From contig OZ243938.1 of assembly GCA_965214095.1 (NCBI GenBank), positions 1,920,001 through 1,984,000 on the forward strand: a DNA stretch of 64,000 nt. Direction: 5' to 3'. Source of the DNA: Candidatus Poribacteria bacterium (GTDB lineage Bacteria; Poribacteria; WGA-4E; WGA-3G). The position numbers and the translations under genes were made by a program. This document shows positions 50,997 to 62,426 of the stretch, in pieces (the stretch's first letter is position 1; the number at the start of each line of letters is the position of its first letter). The notes under the pieces are model-generated. The model did not search any database. It saw only the letters and a list, made by a program, of their open reading frames with translations, and was not told the origin of the DNA.

Positions 50997-53298
50997 CTAA
51001 TAACTATAAAAAAACATGAGATTATATTGAATGTCTTGATCTGACTCAAAAGCTTGTGCAACATTAAATCTGAAAATATCCACATCCGAAGAAACCTGTA
51101 ATCCTATACCAACACTACCTTTCGGCTCAAAATCCCATTTATCTCTATATTCGTTCCAAACCTGTCCTATATCAACGAATAGCACAGCATGGAAATCCTT
51201 TAGAAAATCAAGTTGATTGATGACAGGTAAACCTAAATTAAATTCTACATTGAAGAGATACCCTTCATCACCGATAAATGAGTTGAGTGGATATCCGTTG
51301 AGTGTTCCAAGTCCGCCGATGATAAATTGGCGTTGAATTGGCAAAAGCGTATCACTTGCCTGATCTTCTGTTTTTTTACCAAACACCGAACTAAACACGA
51401 ACCTGCTCCGAATTTGGTGTCGTCCGAAAGGATATGCATAACGAATATGTGCTTGAGCATGTGTCCAATCATAATCTGAACCAAAAACTGGATTAGAGTG
51501 TTCAATGAGAAGCGTGTTATGCCATCCGAGGTAGTTTCTTCTACTGTTGAAATCAGATTTGAAAGTGATACTTCGGATGTTTGCTGGTGTTATATCAAGG
51601 TTATCACGCACTTTTGAAGCAGAACGCCAGTTAAGGATATGCCAATCAGTTGTTTTACGTAGGTTTTCATGTTTTTCTGAAGCCAGAGAAATCCTTACAG
51701 TATTTGACCAAGTTGGTTGCCAATGGAATGAGACCTCTGTACCATTTTTTAGATAATAGTCTTGGTGGTCTGGCACGCCAACCAATCTTAAGAGAACCAA
51801 TCCTCTTTCTTCATAGCCAGCAAAAAGGTCCGATGATATAGTAGTGATTGCGCGTTGGTAGCGGCCACTTACTCCGATGTTCCATTTTTCTCTTTTTCCC
51901 CAGATTTGGTTACCACCTATTGAGTAATAACGTTGCTTATTCCCAAATCCGTAACCGAATTGTGCAAATAACTTTGGATTGTCTCTTGTGAGTGGTACTT
52001 CTCTGTTCCAATCATAGTCAATTGGTGTGGCATCCTTTGATGGTTGCGAGTGTAATCCTGTTTCAACGCGTGCCCCCAGTTCCCATCCTGATACACGATT
52101 AAATCCTATCCGTGGCATAGCATTTACATAGGGTTTCTGGACAATTGGTTTTTCCAGTAGGACAGTGATTTTTGCAATCTTACGTTGACCAAAATCTACT
52201 GTTTCTATGGTCGCGGTATCAATTTCTGGAAATGTGTCAGGTATAGTTTTCATAAAATAGTCAATTTCTGATGGACCCTCATTGAGAACAGACTTGAGTT
52301 TCTTCAAATCAAATTCTAGATTACCGTATAGTTGTATTTCATGTATAGGGTCATCTTCTTGCGTGCGCAACTCTTGTGAGAGCTCAATGTAATCACCATC
52401 CTGAACTTCCTCCAAATATAATTGTATCTGCTTCTCATCCGTATCCACGGTAATTTTCTGTATATAAACCGACAAATCTGAATTCAATAATCTGTTCAGC
52501 AAAATGGCAAAGTCAACAGGTCCATCTTGCTGTATATTTCCACCAAACAGCATATCTTTTATTGCATCAATTCTCTGTTTCTGTGATTCTCCTTGACTCT
52601 TTGTGTGTGATTTAATTGAGACCTTTGAAATAGGCTGTGAATTGTATGTCCAGTTTCCAAGATGTGTTTCTTGCATTGTGCCAGAAAACTTTGATAGTGA
52701 TTCTGTGGATTCATTAAATATTCGGAGTATTGTTGTTGAATTATAGTTTAAATCTGGATCATCAGCACGCCATACAATTGACTCGGTATGCGGTCTTTCT
52801 GTTTGTATCTGTTCACCAAGCGATCTTAGGTATCCATATTCCCAATTGGTTTAGATTCGCCAATAGTGTCCCAACTTGTTGATATGGTATTTCTCCAACG
52901 ACATTGAGCAGATATATTGAAAAATTGGTTTTGATGATAGCAAATATACCTACAACCTTTTCATTGTTTTCATCTGTATTAACAAGATAGTATATTCGGT
53001 AGTTTACATCCTCGGCAAATTCATCCCATCCATTCTCCGATAATATATCTTCATAGTATGTTCCCAGTTTGTCAAAGTCTTCATCACTCTTTTGGTATGT
53101 GTGGACATATATGTCCTCAACCGAGTTGAAAATTTCAGCAGTGGACATAAATGCTATCAGTTCCTGAGTTAGGTCAAACTCAAAAATTGGTGGATCGACA
53201 TCTGGACAATCTAATGGAATTGTTCCTAATCTGGTTTCGGCATGTGTAGATACAACACCCCATAGCAAAAGAGAAAATATGAAAATGTAATATCTCAT
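50997..53298 (-). pseudogene. Frameshifted paralog of the 47128-49443 outer-membrane protein
   Basis: ORFs 52813-53298 and 50997-52676 match the N- and C-parts of the paralog; the downstream frame is open back to ~52830. Confidence 0.8.
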
Positions 53299-53510
53299 TT
53301 TAGGATAGAATCTCAGTGCATATTAATTCTGACAAGTTATTTCTTATGATTTATGTTTTGAGAGGGTTATTATTAGAACGAGAAACAGATGTGATGACAA
53401 GATATTAACTATATTAACAAATTACGGATGCGTTTGTCAAACCGTGTTGAAGGGTAGGGTAAAGTTGATAATTCCTTAAAACTAAATACCACTGCAACAA
53501 ACGTAATTAT

Positions 53511-54239
53511 TCATGAATTTCCGCATATTGCATCTGCACGCAAGAGTTCATAATACGGCAAACATTCAGATAGGACACTGTTCAATTCTTCAGGAAACGG
53601 TTCAGTTTTCGGTTGATACGGTGCAAAACCATTGCTCTGATGTACGTTGTGATACCAATATGGTGCCCACACACCATCAGATGGATGTCCATCTTGTGAC
53701 CACGACAACATTGATTCATCAAAAGGAAGTTCTAACCGACTACAGAGTGTTGATAGTACATTCTTTGGTGCAAGCAATAATTCTCGCGAGTCCAAGATTG
53801 GCGGAGATTGTCCTATTTCTTGCAATTCCGATAACAGTTCAGTTTGTAATTTATAGCCTGTATCCTTTAGTTGTGGAATTCCGATTACTTTTGTTAAAGA
53901 GGGAAGCATCTCTTTTGGATCGCGTATTAGCAATATATTTTGTGTTTTTTGCATGAAAGACCTGTCAACGTCAACAAGGTGATGTGCCATCTGTTTCATA
54001 AAGAGGACAGGTTTCCTACAGGGACCGAGAATAACATCACGAATGACTTCCGCTGCGTCATTTTGCATAGATTCCATCACCTTTTCACGTCCTGGATGCA
54101 TTGCACCCGTTACACGTAGGTAGTGTGCATATAAAGGTTCGTCAACGATTTGGGTATCACTTCGTTGTCCGAAGGCATACATCAATGCTGTTGATACGTT
54201 TCTTGGTCCAGACCAGAGACAGATTCTTTGTGTTTGCAT
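53511..54239 (-). CDS. Sulfotransferase-like P-loop protein
   Basis: LWSGPRNVSTALM, DEPLYA, LIRDP, GVWAPYWY. Confidence 0.85.
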   Translation of the reverse strand: MQTQRICLWSGPRNVSTALMYAFGQRSDTQIVDEPLYAHYLRVTGAMHPGREKVMESMQNDAAEVIRDVILGPCRKPVLFMKQMAHHLVDVDRSFMQKTQNILLIRDPKEMLPSLTKVIGIPQLKDTGYKLQTELLSELQEIGQSPPILDSRELLLAPKNVLSTLCSRLELPFDESMLSWSQDGHPSDGVWAPYWYHNVHQSNGFAPYQPKTEPFPEELNSVLSECLPYYELLRADAICGNS

Positions 54240-54344
54240 GTAATTTCCTTACTGCATATAGTATAATCCTTGCCAATATAGGTGTCAACTGTTAATATAT
54301 GATCATCAACATACAGGACGAGTCCACACATAATCATACACAAC

Positions 54345-54530
54345 CAGGGTTATTTAGTTTTAATAATTTTCAATTGATGAACGTTACTAAGAGTTTATAT
54401 CGTAGGTCGGGTAGAGGCACGAAACCCGACACGTTCAATGCTTGTCGGGTTTCGTGCCTCTACCCGACCTACAGGTGTTATATTGAAATGTGAAAAATAT
54501 AGCAGAAAAACCGAAAACTAAATAACCCTA
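54345..54530. mobile_element. MITE with AGGGTTATTTAGTTTT TIRs and a REP-like doublet
   Basis: Flanked by ATACA(C/T)AAC 9-bp direct repeats; long internal palindrome at 54402-54471. Confidence 0.85.
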
Positions 54531-54562
54531 ATACATAACTCACATATACATTTCTATTCGTT

Positions 54563-55657
54563 ATGTCAAAACGTTCTATTCTCACAACAATTATCATACC
54601 TATACTACTGATATCGGGGTTGATAATATTCCTTATAAACAACCGACGTGAATATCCAGGGGAGTTAGTGCTATCTCAAGAGCGACTTGATTTTGGCACT
54701 GTTCCAGAATGGAAAGGTCAGGTATCACGAACGGTATTAGCACGAAATGTTGGCAAAAGTCCGATACATATTACCAAAATTCAAACAGGTTGTAGTTATG
54801 CTGATATTGAAGGTCCAACGGTGATTTCACCGGATACAGATGCAACATTCAGTGTTCTACTTGAACCACAGTTCATGCCAGACAACACTAGCATAGCAAC
54901 TGCGATACTTTTTACTGACAGTCCTAAAACACCACAAGTTTATCTTACAATTGTTGCAAATGCCAAACGATTTGCAACTTTGAGTGCAGAAATATGTGAT
55001 TTCGGAGAAATCCTACCTAAGATACCTTATGAGAAGCATATTAAACTGTGTGTTAATGCTCCGCTCAATCAAGAAGATATCCGTATACTACCAACAGAAC
55101 ATCAATTGTTAAAGTGGAAGTTGACACCTGATCCAAATTCAGAATGCTATATTATAGATTTACAATTAAGGATACCGAAAAGGGGTATCAAGGATGTCAA
55201 CAAGACCTCACCACTCCATGCGGTTGAACTATTTTCATCTTCATTGACAATTGCTTTTCCAAATGATAGAACTTTGACATTACCAATAATAGCAAGAATC
55301 GTAGAACCTGTAATTGTTAAACCTGAAATTCTTTCCTTTGGTATTGTAAGAAGTGGAACAAAACCCACATTGAGATTTATGTTACTTTCAAAATCTCATT
55401 TTCAAGTATTGAACTTGCAAGTACCAGAATACTTGAAGGTAAAGGAAGTTACCAATTCATTATCTGTAGACACGGATATGTCAGATGTCGTGAAACATTT
55501 TGAAGTTGCTTGGAACATACCAAAATCACCTAAACTATTACGTGCCAATATTGATATAAAGATTTCAACATCACCTAATCCCATCCGGATACCGGTTTAT
55601 GGATATATCCAGGACGACCACGCAACAAATCCTTCTCCATTTCAAGAAGATGAATAG
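54563..55657 (+). CDS. DUF1573-domain protein
   Basis: DFGTV, NVGKSPIHI..IQTGCS, TDSP. Confidence 0.75.
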   Translation: MSKRSILTTIIIPILLISGLIIFLINNRREYPGELVLSQERLDFGTVPEWKGQVSRTVLARNVGKSPIHITKIQTGCSYADIEGPTVISPDTDATFSVLLEPQFMPDNTSIATAILFTDSPKTPQVYLTIVANAKRFATLSAEICDFGEILPKIPYEKHIKLCVNAPLNQEDIRILPTEHQLLKWKLTPDPNSECYIIDLQLRIPKRGIKDVNKTSPLHAVELFSSSLTIAFPNDRTLTLPIIARIVEPVIVKPEILSFGIVRSGTKPTLRFMLLSKSHFQVLNLQVPEYLKVKEVTNSLSVDTDMSDVVKHFEVAWNIPKSPKLLRANIDIKISTSPNPIRIPVYGYIQDDHATNPSPFQEDE

Positions 55658-55756
55658 TGATTTCTCTGATATTGGATTTTCAGTTTTGTTTGATCTGGAG
55701 ATAGGATTGGACTGAACTGGTATCCGTTGAAATACGGTGGGACTGTGCCAATAATG

Positions 55757-55939
55757 TCATTCTTGCTTTTCTATAAGTCTTCCAACGAAAAAAATGACAA
55801 CACCGAGTGCTAAGAACCCCATCTCAACCCCCATAGCTTTAGCTTCACTATAACCAAAAGGGTTGAAAACACCTAAAAACAGTGCAGCAGCAAGGCATGT
55901 TATTCCCATGAGTTCTAAGGATTTACCGATATAATACAC
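55757..55939 (-). CDS. Small two-TM membrane protein
   Basis: GAGG RBS, two hydrophobic helices. Confidence 0.7.
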   Translation of the reverse strand: MYYIGKSLELMGITCLAAALFLGVFNPFGYSEAKAMGVEMGFLALGVVIFFVGRLIEKQE

Positions 55940-55960
55940 TTGTTCCTCAAAATGTAAAAA

Positions 55961-56003
55961 GGCAATTCCAACAATTGTTGATATATCATTGTAAGAATTG
56001 CCT
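55961..56003 (-). terminator. Putative intrinsic terminator
   Basis: ggcaatt...aattgcc stem followed by a T-run on the minus strand, just after the 56013 stop. Confidence 0.5.
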
Positions 56004-56012
56004 AAAATATTA

Positions 56013-56717
56013 TTAGTAAAGGCTCTTAATTTGTCCCCATCTGATTAATTTTTGTTGGGCATTTGGATTGATCCTCGCCGTGAAAACGAGATCAGGGATC
56101 AAGTTATCTTGTTCCGTATATCCATCTGGTGCCCAGGCGATTGTATTTTGTAATTGACCGTTATCAACATCATCATAAGCGATACTAAAACCGATAGTAT
56201 TGTCTTTACTTGCAATATCTCCAAGTCGGAAACTGAGTTCACATGTTTGTCCAGCATTTCCCCAAGCAACTGATGTTAAGGGTGATTTGAGGACACCTTC
56301 TTCTGTTCCGATTGGAATTTCATAACGGTATAGTTCATTTTTAAGTCTATCGTGATATTGATCGATATATAGGATCAGTTGATCCTCTCTGAATAGTTTT
56401 GATTGATATTTTTCAAGTTTATCATCTTGTATTTTAATTGCGACATAAAGGAATCCACTACGCCACACCGCTTTGAAGGAGCCGGTAAAATCGTAGGATT
56501 CATGCCATTCATTTCCAGTAATAATGTCTTGTTTTAGTTTTGCTGGTAACACATCGTCCCATACGGGGTCATCAAGATACCCATCTACGATAGGTGCCAC
56601 AGAAACAAGTTCTGCATTATATTGAAAGTTCTGAAGATTTTCATCTCTTAGATGCCCTAAAGCATAAGAGAATACCGTCAACATCAGTATACCAGTCAAA
56701 AGAATCTTTTTACGCAT
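56013..56717 (-). CDS. Secreted CBM9-like sugar-binding protein
   Basis: APIVDGYLDDPVW, W...FLYVAIKIQDD, IGFSIAYDDVD; C-terminal KLIRWGQIK. Confidence 0.7.
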   Translation of the reverse strand: MRKKILLTGILMLTVFSYALGHLRDENLQNFQYNAELVSVAPIVDGYLDDPVWDDVLPAKLKQDIITGNEWHESYDFTGSFKAVWRSGFLYVAIKIQDDKLEKYQSKLFREDQLILYIDQYHDRLKNELYRYEIPIGTEEGVLKSPLTSVAWGNAGQTCELSFRLGDIASKDNTIGFSIAYDDVDNGQLQNTIAWAPDGYTEQDNLIPDLVFTARINPNAQQKLIRWGQIKSLY

Positions 56718-57083
56718 AGGAGACTCCTCCATTAGACATGATTGAATTTAGTATATCATAGTGAATTTGCTGATGTCAAATGAAATTTACTGAGTGTTTT
56801 TGGCATAACCATATTTGTAGCGTCAATACGAACAAAATGCCATGAGTTTAGGTCTATATGTTGATTGAGACAGGATTCTTTCAAATTCAGTTGATATTTA
56901 GCAAAAAGTGTGTTATAATTTGCTAAGAGAGAATTATGCATGTATTGCTATAACAGACACAGCACAACAAAAAATATAAAATAGTCTGACTGTACTCAAA
57001 ATTTGAGTGTCTATCCTTGATGTATGCAAAAGTCTACAGCATACTAAGAAGTCCAATTAACTTTGATATAGAAAACGAGGCGA

Positions 57084-59003
57084 TTGGTTGTGAACAAAAA
57101 CACAAAAAACATGTTCGTATGGTTTATCTTGGGTTTGGTCGTTGTTGTCACTATCTATCAAATCATCAACCGTGGTGATCAAATATATGAGATGCCAACA
57201 TCAGATTTTCATAGGCTCATTTCTCCGGAAAATATAGATAATAGAGTCAATCCTTTTGACGGTTATCTTATTCTTGATGACGAATGGGTTGAAGGTAAGT
57301 TTCATCAGGAAGAAGTGAAAGATCGCGTGCAACAGGAAACATCGCTTGAAAACTCCATATTTCCTCGCAATTGGAAGGGAAATTTTAAAACAAGTCGCGA
57401 CACGAGCGAAGATTATGGTCTACAAGCGAAATTGGACGCGCGTGGTATCCGTTATGAAATAAAACCTGGATCAAATTTTCCCGACTGGGTGCTTATTATT
57501 GGTACTACAGTCGTTCCACTATTGATATTCTTGGGTTTGATGATTTTCCTATCCCGCCAGATGCAGGGTAGCGGCAACCGGGCACTTTCTTTTGGGAAAA
57601 GTCGTGCAAAACTACATACAGAAAACGAAAAACCGATAACCTTTGAGGATGTCGCTGGTGTTGACGAAGCAAAGGATGCGCTTGAAGAAGTCATTCATTT
57701 TCTCAAAGCCCCGAAAAAGTATGAACGTCTCGGTGGCACAATACCTAAAGGTGTTTTGTTAGTTGGTCCTCCTGGAACTGGAAAGACGATGTTGGCGAAA
57801 GCGGTTGCCGGTGAAGCTGATGTCCCATTTTTTAGTATCAGTGGCTCCGATTTTGTTGAGATGTTTGTTGGTGTTGGTGCTTCAAGGGTGCGAGATTTAT
57901 TTGAAACAGGTAAGAAAAACGCGCCGTGTATTATTTTTATTGATGAATTGGACGCTGTTGGTCGACATCGGGGTGCAGGTATCGGTGGAGGACACGATGA
58001 ACGGGAACAGACTCTGAATGCCCTTCTTGTTCAAATGCAAGGATTTGAAGAATCCGAAACAGTGATAATGATTGCTGCAACGAACCGTCCAGATGTTCTG
58101 GATCCTGCATTATTGAGACCCGGCAGATTTGATCGGCAGGTCATCGTTGATTTACCGGATGTACGGGGTAGAAAAGCAATTCTTGGGGTGCATACCAAAG
58201 AACCTTATAAGATGGCGGAAGATGTCAACTTAGAGATTTTGGCGAGAGCAACTCCAGGGTTCTCAGGTGCGGACTTAAAAAATATGGCGAATGAAGCCGC
58301 ACTGCTCGCGGCAAGAGAAGATAAGGATAACATTGACATGGCCTGCTTTGATGAAGCGAAGGATCGGGTCTTAATGGGTCCCGAACGTCGAAGTTTAGTC
58401 ATTAGTGATAAAGAAAGACGTAATACTGCCTACCATGAAGCAGGACATGCACTCCTATCACATTTTGTCCCTGAAAGTGATCCTAACTATAAATGTACAA
58501 TCGTGCCCCGTGGTAGAGCTCTCGGTATTACTGCACTCCTCCCGCTTGAAGAACGTATTAATCCTAATCGCAAGAAACTTATTGCAGATATCATTGTATT
58601 TATGGGTGGACGTGTTGCGGAAGAGATTATCTTTGGTGAACAGACGACTGGTGCCCAGAATGACTTTGAACGAGCAACACAACTTGCACGGCATATGGTT
58701 ACGCGATGGGGAATGAGCCCGTTAGGACCTTTAACCTATGGCAAAAGAGACGAACAGATCTTTCTGGGTAAAGAATTAGCTGTTCATCAAGATTACAGTG
58801 AAGAAACGGCTATTGCGATTGACAAAGCAGTACATGACATCGTTATGGAGTGTTACGATAAGGCGCAAGAGATTATTGAGACAAATCTTGACGGTTTGAA
58901 GCACCTTGCCAATGCTCTATTAGAACGTGAAACACTTATTACCGAGGAGATTGAAGAAATCCTTGGTCCCCGGCCACAGTTGCCAACAAGCCCCCTCACA
59001 TGA
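57084..59003 (+). CDS. ftsH: ATP-dependent zinc metalloprotease FtsH
   Basis: [28 protein letters not shown]. Confidence 0.98.
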   Translation: MVVNKNTKNMFVWFILGLVVVVTIYQIINRGDQIYEMPTSDFHRLISPENIDNRVNPFDGYLILDDEWVEGKFHQEEVKDRVQQETSLENSIFPRNWKGNFKTSRDTSEDYGLQAKLDARGIRYEIKPGSNFPDWVLIIGTTVVPLLIFLGLMIFLSRQMQGSGNRALSFGKSRAKLHTENEKPITFEDVAGVDEAKDALEEVIHFLKAPKKYERLGGTIPKGVLLVGPPGTGKTMLAKAVAGEADVPFFSISGSDFVEMFVGVGASRVRDLFETGKKNAPCIIFIDELDAVGRHRGAGIGGGHDEREQTLNALLVQMQGFEESETVIMIAATNRPDVLDPALLRPGRFDRQVIVDLPDVRGRKAILGVHTKEPYKMAEDVNLEILARATPGFSGADLKNMANEAALLAAREDKDNIDMACFDEAKDRVLMGPERRSLVISDKERRNTAYHEAGHALLSHFVPESDPNYKCTIVPRGRALGITALLPLEERINPNRKKLIADIIVFMGGRVAEEIIFGEQTTGAQNDFERATQLARHMVTRWGMSPLGPLTYGKRDEQIFLGKELAVHQDYSEETAIAIDKAVHDIVMECYDKAQEIIETNLDGLKHLANALLERETLITEEIEEILGPRPQLPTSPLT

Positions 59004-59827
59004 TATGCAGAGGTAAAAAGCTCGAATTTGGCGACAGCACTCATATCATGGGTGTTCTAAATATTACTCCAGACTCATTTTCAGATGGTGGGATATATTT
59101 TAACCTTGACAGTGCTCTTACACACGCTAAAAATATGGTAGCAAATGGTGCTACTATCATTGATATCGGTGGGGAATCTTCACGACCGGGTGCGGAACCG
59201 GTACCTGAAGTCGTAGAATTAGAACGGGTGATACCTATTATCAAAGCAATTGCTTCTGAACAATTAGATGTCTTACTATCCATTGATACCACAAAGGCAG
59301 TTGTGGCAAAACAAGCGATTGAATCTGGTGCACATATTATCAACGATATTACAGCATTACGAGGTGATGATGATATGGCACACGTCGCAGCAGATACGGA
59401 ATCAGGTATCATTTTGATGCACATGAAAGGAACACCTCGCACCATGCAAAGTGCCCCGAAATATGTTGATGTCGTTCAAGAGGTGTATGAGGCATTAGGA
59501 CAATGGATCAGCGATGCAACACGTAAAGGTATAGACTCTGATAGAATTATTATAGACCCAGGCATCGGATTTGGAAAAACTATCCACCAAAACATAGAAA
59601 TATTAAGAAAACTTGAAGAATTCAAACGTCTAAATAAACCTATACTAATTGGCACCTCAAGGAAATCCTTTATTGGTAACCTGTTAGATCTTCCCGTAAC
59701 TGATAGAGTTGAGGGAACGCTTGCCACTGTTTGCTGGTCAATTACGCATGGTGCAGATATTGTGCGTGTTCACGATGTAAAAGAAACTGTCCGTGTTGCA
59801 CGGATGACTGATGTCCTTCATAGATAG
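59000..59827 (+). CDS. folP: Dihydropteroate synthase
   Basis: [31 protein letters not shown]. Confidence 0.97.
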   Translation: MICRGKKLEFGDSTHIMGVLNITPDSFSDGGIYFNLDSALTHAKNMVANGATIIDIGGESSRPGAEPVPEVVELERVIPIIKAIASEQLDVLLSIDTTKAVVAKQAIESGAHIINDITALRGDDDMAHVAADTESGIILMHMKGTPRTMQSAPKYVDVVQEVYEALGQWISDATRKGIDSDRIIIDPGIGFGKTIHQNIEILRKLEEFKRLNKPILIGTSRKSFIGNLLDLPVTDRVEGTLATVCWSITHGADIVRVHDVKETVRVARMTDVLHR

Positions 59828-59851
59828 AGTATTACCAACTCAGCTAAACTG

Positions 59852-60247
59852 ATGTTTCAACAAAAGATTCAAGGAATTGGCATAGATATTATTGAAGTAG
59901 AACGGATTAGACGACTTTCTCTTAGATGGGGAAGTCGGTTTGAGTCGCGTGTCTATACACCGCAAGAGCTTGAATATTGTGGCAAAACAGCAACACGTTA
60001 TGGAAGGCTCGCGGCGCGGTTCGCTGCAAAGGAAGCAACTCTGAAGGCACTTGGCACAGGTCTAACAGTTGGGATGAATTGGCAGGATGTAGAGATTTGC
60101 GCTGATTCTGTCGGGAAACCATCACTTATTTTACACGGAAAAGTTCAGCAGTGTGCGTCAGAATTTGGAATTGTCAGTACCTATGTAAGTCTATCACACA
60201 CCGCTGATTACGCAGTGGCACAAGTCACCTTATGTTCTAATGAATAA
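59852..60247 (+). CDS. acpS: Holo-ACP synthase
   Basis: GIGIDII, RFAAKEA..KALGTG, VSLSH. Confidence 0.96.
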   Translation: MFQQKIQGIGIDIIEVERIRRLSLRWGSRFESRVYTPQELEYCGKTATRYGRLAARFAAKEATLKALGTGLTVGMNWQDVEICADSVGKPSLILHGKVQQCASEFGIVSTYVSLSHTADYAVAQVTLCSNE

Positions 60248-60266
60248 GAATCTATACATCCATTAA

Positions 60267-60508
60267 CTATAGTTTGGACAAGGAGAATCACAGTCATCGG
60301 ACCTATTTTTTCAATGATACACCTGTCGCCCCGCTGGGGCTATAAATCGTTTGTTCACGATGTGCTATACACATTTCGCCCCGCTGGGGCTGCTCATTTT
60401 GATATTCTAACACATTTTCGTCAAGTTATTATCCCATTGCAAACGGACAAAATATTGAAAATGCTAGAAATATCAGTATGCAACCGAGAGAAATTGTCCA
60501 AACTATAG
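60267..60508. mobile_element. Intact 242-bp MITE
   Basis: Perfect 15-bp TIR CTATAGTTTGGACAA, perfect 8-bp TSD TCCATTAA, two gccccgctggggc hairpins. Confidence 0.92.
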
Positions 60509-60595
60509 TCCATTAAACTAACACTACCATTACATTTCCATCAGCAATCTTATTCTAATGTTATTACCTATTTTTATCTCTGGAGGAGCATTAAA

Positions 60596-61744
60596 GTGGA
60601 AAAAAGATTGAACTCCATAAAAAATTGTCTTAATTTTGTACAGAATTATGTGGTATTATTGATTGTATGTGTAATTCTAATTATCGGTGTCGTCACGTCA
60701 GAAGCATTCTCAGAAACAAACACAACAGCAGAAGTCGATAGATTTCTCAAGCAGTTGCTTGGTGCTGAATATCGAGGCATGGGTGGTAGTTTTGTCGGTG
60801 CTAGTACTGGAGCAAATGCTCTTGGTAATAATCCTGCAGGTATAACGAATGCTAAAGGAGATAGGTTTGCCCTTCACATGACACGTTTTCCGCGCACAAT
60901 TGCCCTGTTGTCTCAACCTAATTTCAATGCAGATTACGAGGACACTATAAGATTTGATCAACGCGCATCTGGGATTGAGACATTGAATTGTGCATTTCCA
61001 ATGGGAAAATTCGGAACTGTAGGTGTTGCATTCTCAATGGCACATGCAGGTCCTTTTCGTCGTGTTAATCATCAAGGCAAAGCCCTAAATAATTTTCCTG
61101 AGAATAACCTTGCAATTGGTTTGGGTTACGGTATAAATTGTTTTGGAGGAACCGTGGTTGGTTTTGACGCTCGGTGGTTACGTTCAAAGATTACAGATGC
61201 ATCTGACACAGAACATTTCGGACGTGGTTATGCATACAACATCGGACTCATTCAACATATAGGTAATACACTACAATTAGGTGTTGTAGTACGTAATTTA
61301 AGCAATGGTTTATCATTCATTGATCCAACTATTCCGGACAAAATTCACCGTGATGTTATCGTAGGAGTGAACTATCAGCGAGACATATCTATCATAACAA
61401 CCCGGATCGGAGTAGATATTCATCCACCTTTTCAGGATGGGGTACGTGCTAACATCGGTGCAGAGATATGGTATCGTGACCGAATGGGTGTGAGAATAGG
61501 TTATCTTAGAGATACAGAGAACCGTTATGCGTCTGTCTATCTCTTGGATGATTTGACGTTTGAAATGGAGGAGCGTACTTGGAAAGCAGAAGGACTCTGT
61601 TTAGGAATGGGTGTTCGTTTAGGAAATATCATAATTAATGCTGCATACACGCCACAGTTTGAACCTACAGTATCGGAGGATGAACGTATTCATATTGTTC
61701 AAGGTACTTCTATATATTCTTTTTCAGTTGGTCAAGATTTCTAA
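60596..61744 (+). CDS. PorV/FadL-like outer-membrane beta-barrel protein
   Basis: FL...GA..GMGG...NPAG N-terminal motif, G.VVRNL, GAE.W, R.GY, terminal F. Confidence 0.65.
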   Translation: MEKRLNSIKNCLNFVQNYVVLLIVCVILIIGVVTSEAFSETNTTAEVDRFLKQLLGAEYRGMGGSFVGASTGANALGNNPAGITNAKGDRFALHMTRFPRTIALLSQPNFNADYEDTIRFDQRASGIETLNCAFPMGKFGTVGVAFSMAHAGPFRRVNHQGKALNNFPENNLAIGLGYGINCFGGTVVGFDARWLRSKITDASDTEHFGRGYAYNIGLIQHIGNTLQLGVVVRNLSNGLSFIDPTIPDKIHRDVIVGVNYQRDISIITTRIGVDIHPPFQDGVRANIGAEIWYRDRMGVRIGYLRDTENRYASVYLLDDLTFEMEERTWKAEGLCLGMGVRLGNIIINAAYTPQFEPTVSEDERIHIVQGTSIYSFSVGQDF

Positions 61745-61814
61745 ATGTTTGTCAAAAAATAGATTAAACCATATATCTATAAAATGCGTATTGTATTGAT
61801 AACGTTTTAGTCAA

Positions 61815-62417
61815 ATGTCAACAGATTACCAAACGATCACTGGAATTGCTGCGGCGAAGCATGTTGTAAAGAAATCAAGGTTTTTTGCTGAAGCGACAGC
61901 TATAGAAGACCGCGCAGCAGCCAAGCAGTTTGTTACGGATGTCCAAACACGTAACCGTCAAGCCACACATTACTGTTATGCCTATAGACTTGGAAGCGGC
62001 GATGAAAAACTGGAATATGCTACAGATGCAGGTGAACCGACTAACACCGCAGGTCCTCCTATTCTTGCTGCAATTCGGTCTGCGGAATTAACCAATATTA
62101 TCGTCGTTGTTGCCAGGTATTATGGCGGAATTAACCTTGGCATTGGAGGATTGATTCGTGCGTATGGTGCCTGTGCAAGAGTCTGTCTCAAAAACGCTGA
62201 CTTGGAAACACGAACCTTTTACCACAAATTACAAGTAAAAGTCTCTTTCTCTCAAATCGGAACAGTTGTAACACTATGTAAACGTTTAGGAGGAAAGGTA
62301 ATTAACATTGAATATGACCCAAACCCAAATATTACAATTCGGATTCGAAAAAAAGATTTGACTAATTTCAAGGAACAGATCAAAGGTATTGAAACAACAG
62401 GAACAGAATTAAAGTGA
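61815..62417 (+). CDS. yigZ: YigZ/IMPACT family protein
   Basis: KKSRF, ATHYCYAY, DAGEP..TAG, RYYGGINLGIGGLIRAY. Confidence 0.92.
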   Translation: MSTDYQTITGIAAAKHVVKKSRFFAEATAIEDRAAAKQFVTDVQTRNRQATHYCYAYRLGSGDEKLEYATDAGEPTNTAGPPILAAIRSAELTNIIVVVARYYGGINLGIGGLIRAYGACARVCLKNADLETRTFYHKLQVKVSFSQIGTVVTLCKRLGGKVINIEYDPNPNITIRIRKKDLTNFKEQIKGIETTGTELK

Positions 62418-62426
62418 GAAATCATA

